Shown here piece by piece: positions 1-9,900 of a DNA stretch of 64,000 nucleotides (the stretch's first letter is position 1; each line of letters opens with the position of its first letter). The translations under genes and the position numbers were made by a program. The notes beneath the pieces were generated by a model. The model saw only the letters and a program-made list of their open reading frames with translations. It had not been told where the DNA came from and did not search any database. Location: assembly GCA_000990005.1 (NCBI GenBank), contig LBPF01000001.1, forward strand, positions 26,315 through 90,314, written 5' to 3'. The DNA is from Candidatus Woesebacteria bacterium GW2011_GWB1_33_38. GTDB lineage: Bacteria > Patescibacteriota > Microgenomatia > UBA8517.

Positions 1-438
1 GTGGTAGGGAGACTTAAATCAATAAGTACTTACGTCAGAATTGGTGGAATTACCTTTGTTGCAATTTTGGGAGCGTCTTCATTTTTAGTTCTTTTGGTAA
101 TTATAAGTATGAGAATGACTACCAGAAAAAATGAAATTGAAATATTAAGTTTGATTGGTGCAACACCAGCTTTTATTAGAAGTCCAATAGTTTTAGAAGC
201 TGTAATTTACTCTATTATAGGAGTCTTATCAGGATGGACTTTAGCTTTAATTTTGTGGCTTTATGCTTCCCCTTCAGTAATTTCTTACTTTGGTCAGATT
301 CCAGTTATTCCAAGGGATCCAATATTATTTTTCTTTCTCTTTGCTACAATCCTGGGGGTTGAACTCCTTTTGGGAGTTATTATATCTTTAACAGGCAGTT
401 TACTGGCTGTTTCCAGGTCTGTGAAAAAGGCAAGATGA
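1..438 (+). CDS. ftsX: Cell division permease FtsX, C-terminal part (5' truncated by window)
   Basis: RKNEIEILSLIGATPAFIRSPIVLEA matches the FtsX permease signature; followed by a coiled-coil murein hydrolase gene. Confidence 0.85.
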   Translation: MVGRLKSISTYVRIGGITFVAILGASSFLVLLVIISMRMTTRKNEIEILSLIGATPAFIRSPIVLEAVIYSIIGVLSGWTLALILWLYASPSVISYFGQIPVIPRDPILFFFLFATILGVELLLGVIISLTGSLLAVSRSVKKAR

Positions 439-1574
439 CAAGGATAATATTTTTAACATTACTTCTAATTTTTCTATTCATTTTTAGCTATGAAGTAAAT
501 GCGCAGGATTGCAGTGGAGACTTAAATCAAAGAATTAACTGCTATGAAGCCAACATTGCAAAACTTAAAGATTCAGGTGAAACTTTATCAAGTCAAATAT
601 TACAGTTTGATTCTCAAATTAAATTAACTTCACTTAAAATTGCTCAGACAGAAGAACAAATAAATTTACTTTCTGGAAGAATTGATCAATTGGAAGGTTC
701 ACTTGATGATCTGACCAAAGCATTTTCAGGAAGAGTTGTGGAAACTTATAAAATGACAAGGGTGGAGGATCCTATTTTATTAATTCTTTCCTCAAGCAAT
801 TTAGGTAAAGCATTTAATAGATTTTCATATTTGAAAAAAATACAAGAATCAGACAGAAGTTTATTACAAAGATTAAGAAAAGCAAAAGACACTTATAATG
901 CAGAAAAGGTAGATCAAGAAGAACTACAAAATAAATTAGCAAGCCAAAAGAAAAATTTAGATAATCAAAAAGCGGCTAAAGCACATCTTCTATCGGCAAC
1001 CAAAAATGATGAGAAAAAATATCAGATATTACTTGAACAAGCACGGGCGGAATATGAGGCCATACAAGCTATTATTGCAGGAAAGGGAACTGAAACAGAA
1101 GTTGGTCTAGTTTCAGAGGGACAGAGAATTGCTAATATAATACAAGGATCATCGTGTAATTCTGGTGGTAGTCATCTACATTTTATTGTTAGAAATCAAA
1201 ATAGTACAACAGATAATCCGTTTATGTACTTAAAGACTGGTATTTCATATCAAAATTGTTCGGGATCATCGTGTGGTAGTAGTGATGGTGATAGTTTTAA
1301 TCCAAGCGGTTCATGGAATTGGCCAATACAGCCAAATATAAAGTTTAATCAGGGATATGGAAATACTTGGGCAGTCAGGAATACATGGGTTGGAAGAATT
1401 TACAATTTTCATAACGGCATTGATATAAATAGTGAATCGTCAAGCGAGGTTAAAACTGTTAAATCAGGTAAATTATATCAAGGAAGTTATAATGTCGGGT
1501 GTAGACTTAAATATGTTCGTGTTGATCATGATGATAGCGATCTAGACACGTTGTATTTACATATAAACTATTAA
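435..1574 (+). CDS. Secreted coiled-coil (PcsB/EnvC-like) protein with circularly permuted M23 peptidase domain
   Basis: Signal peptide, about 190 aa coiled coil, then SHLHF (HxH) preceding HNGID (HxxxD) and TLYLH. Confidence 0.8.
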   Translation: MTRIIFLTLLLIFLFIFSYEVNAQDCSGDLNQRINCYEANIAKLKDSGETLSSQILQFDSQIKLTSLKIAQTEEQINLLSGRIDQLEGSLDDLTKAFSGRVVETYKMTRVEDPILLILSSSNLGKAFNRFSYLKKIQESDRSLLQRLRKAKDTYNAEKVDQEELQNKLASQKKNLDNQKAAKAHLLSATKNDEKKYQILLEQARAEYEAIQAIIAGKGTETEVGLVSEGQRIANIIQGSSCNSGGSHLHFIVRNQNSTTDNPFMYLKTGISYQNCSGSSCGSSDGDSFNPSGSWNWPIQPNIKFNQGYGNTWAVRNTWVGRIYNFHNGIDINSESSSEVKTVKSGKLYQGSYNVGCRLKYVRVDHDDSDLDTLYLHINY

Positions 1575-1581
1575 ATAGTTT

Positions 1582-1609
1582 TGTATCAATGAATTGATTC
1601 ATTGATACA
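1582..1609. repeat. 28-bp palindrome, type A copy 1
   Basis: TGTATCAATGA-ATTGAT-TCATTGATACA, 18 bp upstream of the TrpR-like gene. Confidence 0.95.
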
Positions 1610-1627
1610 AGAAGGAATGAAGGAGAT

Positions 1628-2068
1628 ATGACGCAGATATCAAAATATAGAGTATCTCAAAAAGTAAATGATCAGATTTCAGATATTTTTTTCCAAACTG
1701 TTGCAAATTTAACTCAAAAAAAGCAAGTTTTGGAGTTTTTCAGTGAATTTTTAACTCCAACTGAAAAAATAATGTTATCCAAAAGACTAGCTATTGGGTA
1801 TTTGCTAGCTAGAGGTTATGAGTACAGAGAAATTTCAAAGGTTCTAAAAGTAAGTACTGCAACTGTAGGAAACTTTGCTAGATTATATAAACACGGTACT
1901 TCATATCGAAAAATAGTTGATAAGATATTAAGTAAAATTAAAACAAAAGAAATGTTTTTGGATTTCGTTGAAGGATTTGCCGATATTGGTGCAATTGGGG
2001 GAGCAAAATCAGCAGGTTGGTTTGAATTGCGAAATGAAATCAGAAAGAAGAAACAAAATATTTTGTAG
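1628..2068 (+). CDS. TrpR/YerC-YecD-like helix-turn-helix regulator
   Basis: FLTPTEKIMLSKRLAIGYLL...YREISKVLKVSTATV; AGGAG just upstream. Confidence 0.85.
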   Translation: MTQISKYRVSQKVNDQISDIFFQTVANLTQKKQVLEFFSEFLTPTEKIMLSKRLAIGYLLARGYEYREISKVLKVSTATVGNFARLYKHGTSYRKIVDKILSKIKTKEMFLDFVEGFADIGAIGGAKSAGWFELRNEIRKKKQNIL

Positions 2069-2071
2069 TCT

Positions 2072-2099
2072 AGTATCAATGAATCAATTCATTGATACA
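2072..2099. repeat. 28-bp palindrome, type A copy 2 (centre inverted relative to copy 1)
   Basis: AGTATCAATGA-ATCAAT-TCATTGATACA; contains the likely ATG (2079) of the next gene. Confidence 0.95.
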
Positions 2100-2882
2100 G
2101 TATTATTCTTAATTGTATTTATGTTATTCTTTATTTTTCCATTCACAGTAAAAGCTGCATTTTCACTAGCGATCACAAGTGCAAGTCCTACTGACATTCT
2201 AGATAAAGAGCAAATAGTTGAAGTGACTTTACAAATTGAAGATTTACCGTCTGGTGATTCATATTTTAGGGCAGGGTGGAAATCTGGATCAAGTTATGTA
2301 GGTTATGTTCAAAATAATGGTGGTAATTGGGTAGAATTGCGCGCTCTAAGTGGTGAATGTAGTGATTATTTTAAAATTAGTGAAGCAACCACATCTGCAA
2401 TTTTAAAAATTAAAATTGGAGAGGAAAACGATATTTCCACTGGTACGATACCAATCAAGGCTCATAGGTTAACATCCTCATGTAGTAGTTCTTATGGAAG
2501 TAATGAATTTAATACAAATATTTTACTTCCAACTTCGACACCAGTACCAACAACTACTTCAACACCAATCGTAACCGCAATAAGTACGGCTACTGCGACA
2601 TCAACTCCGATTAAAACTGCGACGTCTACACCCACAAAAACCGCAACAGCAAAACCAACCACAACATCTACTCCAACTGAGTCGGGGCAAGCTGAGACCC
2701 CAGAATTTGTAGTCTCAGATATTAAAACATCAACACCAGAGGGTATTGTCGCTGGTGCGTCAACTTCCAAAAAATTTCCATTTCTATCTATTTTTTTTAT
2801 AGTCGCTGGAATTATGTTTTTGGGATATGGAGGATATTTAATATATAATAATAAGCATGGTAAAACTAATGAAGTTTCTTAA
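2079..2882 (+). CDS. Surface protein: signal peptide, beta-rich domain, Thr/Pro-rich stalk, C-terminal membrane anchor
   Basis: Start moved to ATG 2079, giving a signal peptide ending VKA; TATSTP-like repeats; TM segment with basic tail. Confidence 0.7.
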   Translation: MNQFIDTVLFLIVFMLFFIFPFTVKAAFSLAITSASPTDILDKEQIVEVTLQIEDLPSGDSYFRAGWKSGSSYVGYVQNNGGNWVELRALSGECSDYFKISEATTSAILKIKIGEENDISTGTIPIKAHRLTSSCSSSYGSNEFNTNILLPTSTPVPTTTSTPIVTAISTATATSTPIKTATSTPTKTATAKPTTTSTPTESGQAETPEFVVSDIKTSTPEGIVAGASTSKKFPFLSIFFIVAGIMFLGYGGYLIYNNKHGKTNEVS

Positions 2883-3225
2883 ATTCTGGTTACCTCCCAT
2901 CCTTTGGGCTATTATTATCTTTAGACTTTCGTCAAATGTACTTCCTTCAGTTGGGCCAACTTATTTAAGTGATTTTGCATTTAAAAAATTTTCTCATGTT
3001 TTCTTTTACGCAGTATTGGGGATCTTGGTTTATCGTGCTTTATTATCAGAAAATATCGTTAGGACAAAGGCGCTTTACATCTCAATAATTGTTTGTTTAA
3101 TTTATGGAATAGGTGATGAAATCCATCAATCATTTATCCCTGGCCGTGGACCACATATTAGAGATGTGGTTTTTGATACAATAGGTAGTTCACTAGGAGG
3201 AATATGGGCAAAAAAATACTTGTAA
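2857..3225 (+). CDS. VanZ family membrane protein
   Basis: KKFSHVFFYAVLG...DEIHQSFIPGRGPHIRDVVFD. Confidence 0.85.
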   Translation: MVKLMKFLKFWLPPILWAIIIFRLSSNVLPSVGPTYLSDFAFKKFSHVFFYAVLGILVYRALLSENIVRTKALYISIIVCLIYGIGDEIHQSFIPGRGPHIRDVVFDTIGSSLGGIWAKKYL

Positions 3226-4190
3226 CTGGAGGAGCGGGTTATATTGGTTCTTTCATGGTCCGTCAGCTGGCGGAGAAAAATTATGAAGTTGTCGTTTTAG
3301 ACAATTTGTCATATGGTCACATAGAAGCAGTTAAAGATTTTCGTTTAGAAAAAATTGATTTAGTGACAGACACTCAGAAGTTAGATGATCTTTTTGAAAA
3401 TGAAAAGTTTTCGGCAGTTGTCCATATGGCTTCTTTTATCCAAATGGGAGAATCTTTTGTTAACCCTGCAAAATACTATTTAAATAATGTTGTTGGTTTT
3501 TTGAATTTAATGGAGGCAATGAGAAAGGGAAATTGTAAAAAAATAGTCCTTTCCTCTTCGGCTGGAGTATATGGAAATCCTGAAAGACTTCCAATTGATG
3601 AAAACGACTCCAAAGATCCTCTAAACCCATATGGAGAAACAAAATATATAATGGAAAGAATCTTGGAAGATTATGATGGTGCATATGAAATAAAGTTTGT
3701 TTCTCTTCGTTATTTCAATGCAGCAGGGGCATCCTTGGACGGTTCAATTGGGGAAGCCCATTCTGAAGAAAGCCATTTAATTCCAAATATTATAACCAAA
3801 GCTATTAAGGGAGAAGAAATTGAAATATTTGGTAGTGATTATGATACACCTGACGGAACATGTATTAGAGATTATATTCATGTTTTGGATTTGGTTGAAG
3901 CTCACTCTTTGGCTTTGGAGTTTTTAGATAATGGAAAAAGTGAAGTTTTTAATTTAGGAATTGGCAAAGGTTATTCAAATAAAGAAATAATTGAAATGAT
4001 TAAAAAAGTGACAGGTTTAGAATTAAAGATAAAATACGGACCAAAAAGAGTGGGGGATGCTAATTCGTTATATGCATCAAATGAAAAAATAAAAAAAGTA
4101 TTAGGTTGGATTCCGAAATATAACTTAAAAGATATTGTTAAATCTTCGTTTATTTGGCATAATACTCATCCAAATGGCTATCATAACTAA
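3204..4190 (+). CDS. galE: UDP-glucose 4-epimerase
   Basis: GGAGYIGS, YGETK (YxxxK), LRYFNAAGA, DGTCIRDYIHV. Confidence 0.95.
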   Translation: MGKKILVTGGAGYIGSFMVRQLAEKNYEVVVLDNLSYGHIEAVKDFRLEKIDLVTDTQKLDDLFENEKFSAVVHMASFIQMGESFVNPAKYYLNNVVGFLNLMEAMRKGNCKKIVLSSSAGVYGNPERLPIDENDSKDPLNPYGETKYIMERILEDYDGAYEIKFVSLRYFNAAGASLDGSIGEAHSEESHLIPNIITKAIKGEEIEIFGSDYDTPDGTCIRDYIHVLDLVEAHSLALEFLDNGKSEVFNLGIGKGYSNKEIIEMIKKVTGLELKIKYGPKRVGDANSLYASNEKIKKVLGWIPKYNLKDIVKSSFIWHNTHPNGYHN

Positions 4191-4545
4191 ATGGATTATA
4201 TTATTGATAACAACAATGATTTTCCCAATTGTTTCGAAACCCAGCCCAACGCCTTTTGTATCAATACCTAGTCCGACAATTACATCTTTACCCACCCCTC
4301 TAAGTACACCGACCAATAAGCCAATAGAGACTTTTGAAAGCCAAGAGGATCCTGATATTGTTACTAATTATTACAAAGATTTATTTAATAAAAATGGTTC
4401 AAAAGTTAAATCTTTTATTACAACCAAAACAAATGGAAATGTTTTTAATAAACTAACAGGAACAATAGATGGTAGGATTTTAACAGTAGAAATTAAAAAA
4501 GACGCCGGTTCTACACGGACAGTAACTACTTTGTATTGGAAGTAG
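4174..4545 (+). CDS. Small exported Pro/Thr-rich hypothetical protein
   Basis: Hydrophobic N-terminus, PSPT linker; start uncertain. Confidence 0.5.
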   Translation: MAIITKWIILLITTMIFPIVSKPSPTPFVSIPSPTITSLPTPLSTPTNKPIETFESQEDPDIVTNYYKDLFNKNGSKVKSFITTKTNGNVFNKLTGTIDGRILTVEIKKDAGSTRTVTTLYWK

Positions 4546-4547
4546 GC

Positions 4548-4576
4548 TTGACAAATCATTTCTGCTTGTGTAACAT
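4548..4576 (+). promoter_or_regulatory. Sigma70-type promoter
   Basis: TTGACA-17 bp-TAACAT. Confidence 0.65.
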
Positions 4577-4593
4577 ACAAAAACATTAAGACT

Positions 4594-4617
4594 GCCCCTT
4601 TAAAAGGGGCCTTTTTT
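4594..4617 (+). terminator. Intrinsic terminator-like hairpin
   Basis: GCCCCTT-TAA-AAGGGGC then C and T6. Confidence 0.65.
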
Positions 4618-4628
4618 GTTAAGAAGAG

Positions 4629-5261
4629 ATGAATAAAATAAAAGAGATTATTATTAACTTAAGATTTAAAATTACCCCACTCCTGCGCTTATTAGTTCAA
4701 AGAATATTTGTCAAGAAAAATTTACCAATTGCAGTTTTTGCATTTATTGGAATTTTAGTAGTATCTGGAATAATCTTTGGTGTATATAAACTTATTACTA
4801 AAACTAACGATATAAATTCCTCACAAATTCAAGTAGCTCCAGCCAAAGCAGTTACAGTTATTGGTAAGGAATTTATATTTCCTCTTAAAAATGAAAAAGG
4901 AAATGAGGTTAGTAGAATTAAATATACAATTGAATCTGCGGAGTTAAGAAGTGAAATAGTTGTGAAGGGACAAAAAGCAAGATCAGTTAAAGGAAGAATT
5001 TTCTTTATATTAAATTTAAAAGTTGTTAACGATTTTAAACAAAAAATAGAGATTCAGACGACTGATTATATCAGACTATCTGTCAATGGTAATAAAGATG
5101 TTTGGTTAGCTCCTGATATTCACAGTGATCCAGCTGGAATTCAAGCTATTTCCACCAAATATATAAAAGTAGGTTTTGCTATCAATGAATCTGACAAAGA
5201 TTTAATTTTAAGAGTTGGAGAAATAAATGGAGAAAAAGAGGAATTTCCTGTGAAATTTTAA
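4629..5261 (+). CDS. Membrane-anchored extracytoplasmic beta-sandwich protein (DUF4352-like, tentative)
   Basis: Basic N-terminus, one TM helix, beta-strand-rich domain. Confidence 0.55.
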   Translation: MNKIKEIIINLRFKITPLLRLLVQRIFVKKNLPIAVFAFIGILVVSGIIFGVYKLITKTNDINSSQIQVAPAKAVTVIGKEFIFPLKNEKGNEVSRIKYTIESAELRSEIVVKGQKARSVKGRIFFILNLKVVNDFKQKIEIQTTDYIRLSVNGNKDVWLAPDIHSDPAGIQAISTKYIKVGFAINESDKDLILRVGEINGEKEEFPVKF

Positions 5262-5267
5262 AAATAT

Positions 5268-5444
5268 ATGAATGACTATTCAACTCAAAATGTTTCCCCC
5301 TTTCTTTTGGAAGAACTTAAACGTGCGTTAGAAAGTGTTCCTGATTATGGAAGTGTGGAAATATATGTTGAAAATGGACTTGTTAGTCAAATTACTACAA
5401 GAAAAATTAAAAAAACGATTAGAAATAAAAATGGACAAAGCTAG
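5268..5444 (+). CDS. 58-aa DUF2292/YezD-like microprotein (absent from ORF track)
   Basis: Hand translation MNDYSTQNVSPFLLEELKRALESVPDYGSVEIYVENGLVSQITTRKIKKTIRNKNGQS; YGSVEIYVENGLVSQI fits the family pattern. Confidence 0.75.
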   Translation: MNDYSTQNVSPFLLEELKRALESVPDYGSVEIYVENGLVSQITTRKIKKTIRNKNGQS

Positions 5445-5447
5445 GTC

Positions 5448-5480
5448 TTGACAAGTGTGAAAGTAATGTATATATATAAT
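5448..5480 (+). promoter_or_regulatory. Sigma70-type promoter of repeat-protein operon
   Basis: TTGACA at 5448, TATATA at 17-bp spacing, TATAAT at 5475. Confidence 0.65.
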
Positions 5481-5492
5481 TTATAGAATAGT

Positions 5493-5560
5493 AAGCTGAC
5501 CGCAAACGGAGGCTTTTTTTTCTCAGGAGTCTGGGGAGAAGAAGCCTCTGTTTTCGTTTT
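5493..5560 (+). promoter_or_regulatory. Structured 5' leader: conserved motif copy 1 overlapping an alternative 23-bp terminator-like hairpin
   Basis: AAGCTGACCGCAAACGGAGGCTT (5493-5515); 5504-5526 pairs fully with 5531-5553 using five G-U pairs; U-rich tail. Confidence 0.7.
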
Positions 5561-5640
5561 AAATGAAAATAGGGATGAAGTGCCTCTTAAACCCTGATTT
5601 AATCGGGGGGGGGAAAATAGATTGGGGGTGAATATATATA

Positions 5641-6876
5641 ATGAACAAATATAAAAAAGTCGTAGCCTCTGCACTAGCTGCTGGATCCCTTTTAATTAAT
5701 GGATTTATGCCAGTTCTTGCTCAAACAACAATTATACTTTCAGGTAATGGAACAGGTTCTGGTAATACAGCAACTGTTGCTGTTACTCAAAGTACCTTTG
5801 TTACTCAAAGCAATAATGCAGATGTTACAAATGTAGTAAATGCTGATGCTGACACAGGAGGAAATAAAGCTAGTGATAATACAGGTGGAGATGTTTCCAT
5901 TAAAACTGGAGACTCTGATGTAACCGTTGATATAAAGAATACTTTAAATCAAAATTCAGCTAGTGTTGACTGCTGTGGCGCAACAGGAGCAGATGTACTT
6001 ATTTCAGGTAATGGATCTGATAGTGATAATACTATTGATCTGTCATTGGGAGAAGAAGACGGTATAACAGTAACTCAATCAAATAATGCCAAAGTTAATA
6101 ACAATGTCGATGTTGATTCAGAAACTGGTGATAATAAAGCAAAAGATAACACAGGTGGAGATGTAACAATTGAAACTGGAGACGCAAGTGTTGATGTTTC
6201 ATTATCAACCACAGCTAACGCAAATTCCGCCCAAATTGGTGGAGGAACGGGAGGTGCTGGTTTATTGTCAGCCCGAATATTAGGAAATGGTACAGGTAGC
6301 GATAATGATATTGACTTAGATTTTGGTGGATCACTTTGGATAAAACAGGATAATTATGCTGCTGTTAATAACAGAGTTGATGCCGATGCCGAAACTGGCG
6401 AAAACAAAGCCAACGATAACACAGGTGGGGAAGTTTCAATTGAAACAGGAGACGCCGATGTTACTGTGGGTGTTGATAATAGTGTCAACTTCAATTGGGC
6501 AGACGCAGATTGTGGATGCTTATTAGAAGATGTACTAGTTAAAATCGCTGATAATGGTAGCGATACCCAAAATGATATAACTGCAGGACTTGGACAAGGC
6601 CTTACGGTTTTCCAAGGTAATGTAGCAGGTAGTGGATTGGAAAATTTTATCGATGCTGATGCAGACACTGGAGATAATAAAGCTAAGGATAACACAGGAG
6701 ATCCTGGTAGTGATCCTTCAGTTGAAACAGGTGATGCAACAACAGAGGTAATGCTAGAGAATTCTGGCAATTCCAATGTTTATGGCGGAACCCCAGACTG
6801 GGATTTTCCAGAATTGGGTTTCGATTTCAATTTTTCGTTCGATTTGAGCGATTTATTGGGATGGATGGGGCTATAA
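5641..6876 (+). CDS. Secreted Asn/Gly/Thr/Asp-rich repeat protein (4 repeats of about 90 aa)
   Basis: Signal peptide; repeats NGxxSxN...QxNxAxVxNxV...TGxNxAxDNTGGxVxIxTGDA; GGGGGTGA RBS. Confidence 0.85.
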   Translation: MNKYKKVVASALAAGSLLINGFMPVLAQTTIILSGNGTGSGNTATVAVTQSTFVTQSNNADVTNVVNADADTGGNKASDNTGGDVSIKTGDSDVTVDIKNTLNQNSASVDCCGATGADVLISGNGSDSDNTIDLSLGEEDGITVTQSNNAKVNNNVDVDSETGDNKAKDNTGGDVTIETGDASVDVSLSTTANANSAQIGGGTGGAGLLSARILGNGTGSDNDIDLDFGGSLWIKQDNYAAVNNRVDADAETGENKANDNTGGEVSIETGDADVTVGVDNSVNFNWADADCGCLLEDVLVKIADNGSDTQNDITAGLGQGLTVFQGNVAGSGLENFIDADADTGDNKAKDNTGDPGSDPSVETGDATTEVMLENSGNSNVYGGTPDWDFPELGFDFNFSFDLSDLLGWMGL

Positions 6877-6892
6877 TGCCAATCTTAGGAAG

Positions 6893-6929
6893 CTAGAGCG
6901 ACTTACTTACACTTCGGTAAGCGCTCTAG
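6893..6929 (+). other. Intergenic stem-loop between repeat-protein genes
   Basis: CTAGAGCG-A-CTTAC...GTAAG-CGCTCTAG, no U tract. Confidence 0.6.
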
Positions 6930-6950
6930 AAGCCAAGAAGAAATTAAAAT

Positions 6951-9900
6951 ATGAAAAAAATATTAATATTAATTTTTACAATAGCAATAGTATTAGGAAA
7001 TACTGTATCTATTTTTGCGCAAGCTTTGCCTCCTACTCCACCTCCTGCACCAACTGCACCATCAGCTCCTACTCCACCTCCTGCACCAACTATGCCACCT
7101 ATTCCAACAATGATACCAACATTGGCACCAACGCCTCCACCCGTTGTGTCAACACCAACATATTCGCCAATATCTACACCTACTTCAGAATCTTTTATAA
7201 CTGAATCAACTGTTTCAGGAGGTCAGGACTCAGATGCTGGAATGGGATCAAGTTCTATTGACACAGGAGATGCAACTACAGATGGAACATTAATAGTTGA
7301 TGTAAATTCTAATCTTTCTGTAGTTTTGGGAGATTCTGGGTCGCAATCAGGGGGAAGTGCTGGAATTATCAATTCAGGAAATGGAGAGAGTTCAGAAAAT
7401 TCTGGATCAGCCGTTATTATAAATAATAATAATACAGGACAAACTAATTCAGCAAATATTGTTAACGGACTATATCAAAGTGCTATCACGGGAGATAATT
7501 CAGCCAGTAAAAATACTGGCGGAGATTCAATAATTACTACAGGAGACGCAAATGTAACGGGTACTATTATCACTTCAGTAAATACAAATGTGGCAGGAGT
7601 TGCAGTTTCAGAATTTAATGTATTGGAAGACACAACAGGAGATATTATTCTTGATTTTGGAAATACTTGTATTACAAACTGCGGATCTCTGGCTGACGCT
7701 GTAATTAAAAATACAGGTAATGGTACAGATTCAATAAATACAAGCAGTTTGGATGTTACAAATAATAATTTAACAGATCAACTAAATGATGCAATTATAG
7801 TCAATAATATGGACCTTTTTGCAGATTCAGGAAATAATGATACAAACAAAAATACAGGTGGAGATTCAATAATTACAACAGGGGATGCTAATGTCGTTGC
7901 AAATTTACTAACATTTGCTAATAACAACTTAGCAGGAAATGTTGTCTATGCAGTTGTTAATATTTTCGGAAACTTAATTGGAGATATAATTTTTCCTGAA
8001 GGGTCTTTTGCTTCCTGCTGTGGGGTTTTTGATACAGCTCTTGCTAATATCAATAATGGTACAGGTTCTACGAACACAACTTCTTATTCGAATGAGATAA
8101 CAGATTCGGCTACTCAAATCAATAATTTGGAAATTGAGAACAATTTAATATTTGATGCAAATTCTGGAGGCAATGAAACTAAAGGAAATACAGGAGGCAA
8201 TTCATCAATAGTTACTGGAGATACTAATATTGACGCTAGGCTTATTAATATTGCGAATAATAACCTTGCTGGTGGAAATTATTGGCTTGTTATAGTAAAT
8301 GAGGCAGGCAAATGGATAGGAAAGATTCTAGGGACCTCAGATGGCGCAAGTTTTGGAGGAAGTGATGACTTTGAGTTTTTGGTTGATGAAAATGGCGGAG
8401 TAACTGTAGCTAATGCTGGAAATGGTACAGATTCAACAAATACTGCCGTCTACAATGAAACTAATAACAATGAATTAACACAAGTTAATAATGCAAAAAT
8501 AGTAAATAATGTAAATCTTGAAGCTAACTCAGGGGGAAACTCAGCATCAAAAAATACTAATGGAAACTCCTCTATTGTTACTGGGGATGCAAGCATTATT
8601 GCCAATATTGTTAATTTTGTAAATAATAATATTACAGGCGGAGGAAAACTTTTTGTTGCTGTAGTTAATGTATTTGGAAGCTGGGTTGGAGATTTTGTAG
8701 GACCAGGATTTGAGCAAGAAGAACTGGCAACTAGCCCCGATTCAATCGGGATTGGAGGTGCTGATGTAAATTCACAAGAATCTGATGATAATAATGGTGG
8801 TAGCAATAGTAATCAACAAACAACTACTGTATTTCAAGCAAGTTCACCGCAGATTGCAAGCATTGTAATTCCTACAGTATTTAGAAATTCTAGTGCAAGA
8901 GTTTTGGGTAATAAAATTAGTCTTAATTTACCAGAAACTTTAGGATCAGCAATAGATGTAGCTCAAAAGAAGGTGGTTAATATCAACTTTGCTTGGCTTC
9001 TTGCAATCTTGTTTCCAATAGGAATATTCTCCATGATTTTTAGAAGAAGGTTAGCAATAAAAAGAATATTAGCATCGTTTCTTGTGTTAATGCTACTAGT
9101 ATCAAGTGTAAGACCTTTTCTTTCCTTAGCACTTGCCGAGGAAATAGTTATTTTAGGCAATGGATCAGGTTCAGATAATACTGCCGTAGTCTCAATTTCA
9201 AATACGACAACAGTAACTCAAACAAATACCGCAAGTGTCGAAAATGTTGTTACACCCTCAGTCGATACTGGAAATAATACAGTAAATGGTAATACTGGAT
9301 CAGATGTATCAGTGGTAACGGGTGATATAGATACAAATGTTGTATTAAATAATTCTCTTAATAATTCAATAGTAGAAAACTCCTGTTGTGATGCCAACGA
9401 TTCATCGGTTTTAATCACAGCAAACGGAAAGGATTCACAAAACTTAGTTACAATGGATGTTAATAATAATGTTATCAACATTACGCAGTCTGCCGATATT
9501 GGAAATAAAGTAGAGGGAAGTGCTAATACAGGAAATAATACAGCCAATAATACGAGTGGGAACGTAATAATTGATACGGGGGATATTAAAGTTATGGGGG
9601 GTATTAACAATAGTCCAATTAATACTTATTTTATAAAATCAGCAATTAATAATGGTGGATTTCTGGCATCAATTTCAGCAAACGGAACGGATTCTGTTAA
9701 TAAAATAGAAGCTAATTTAGGTGGATCAAACCAAATTGATGCAAAAAATTATTATTTAGCTTACAATTTTGTTGACTGGGATTTAAATACTGGTGGAAAT
9801 ATCGCTAATGGTAATACTGGAGGAAATGTCTTTATCAAAACTGGTAACTTTTTTTTCGATTTTTTAATTTCAAATGCTGGAAATATAGGATATGTTGATG

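Noticed and set aside
1968-2078. Track start of the 304-aa ORF inside the TrpR-like gene
   Set aside because: 101-bp overlap; ATG 2079 gives a clean signal peptide
2520-2690. Thr/Pro repeats (also 7025-7185) as DNA repeat elements
   Set aside because: Codons vary, so the repetition is at protein level (linker or stalk)
5441-5674. 77-aa minus-strand ORF across the structured leader
   Set aside because: No protein-like features; the region is explained by the plus-strand promoter, RNA structure and RBS
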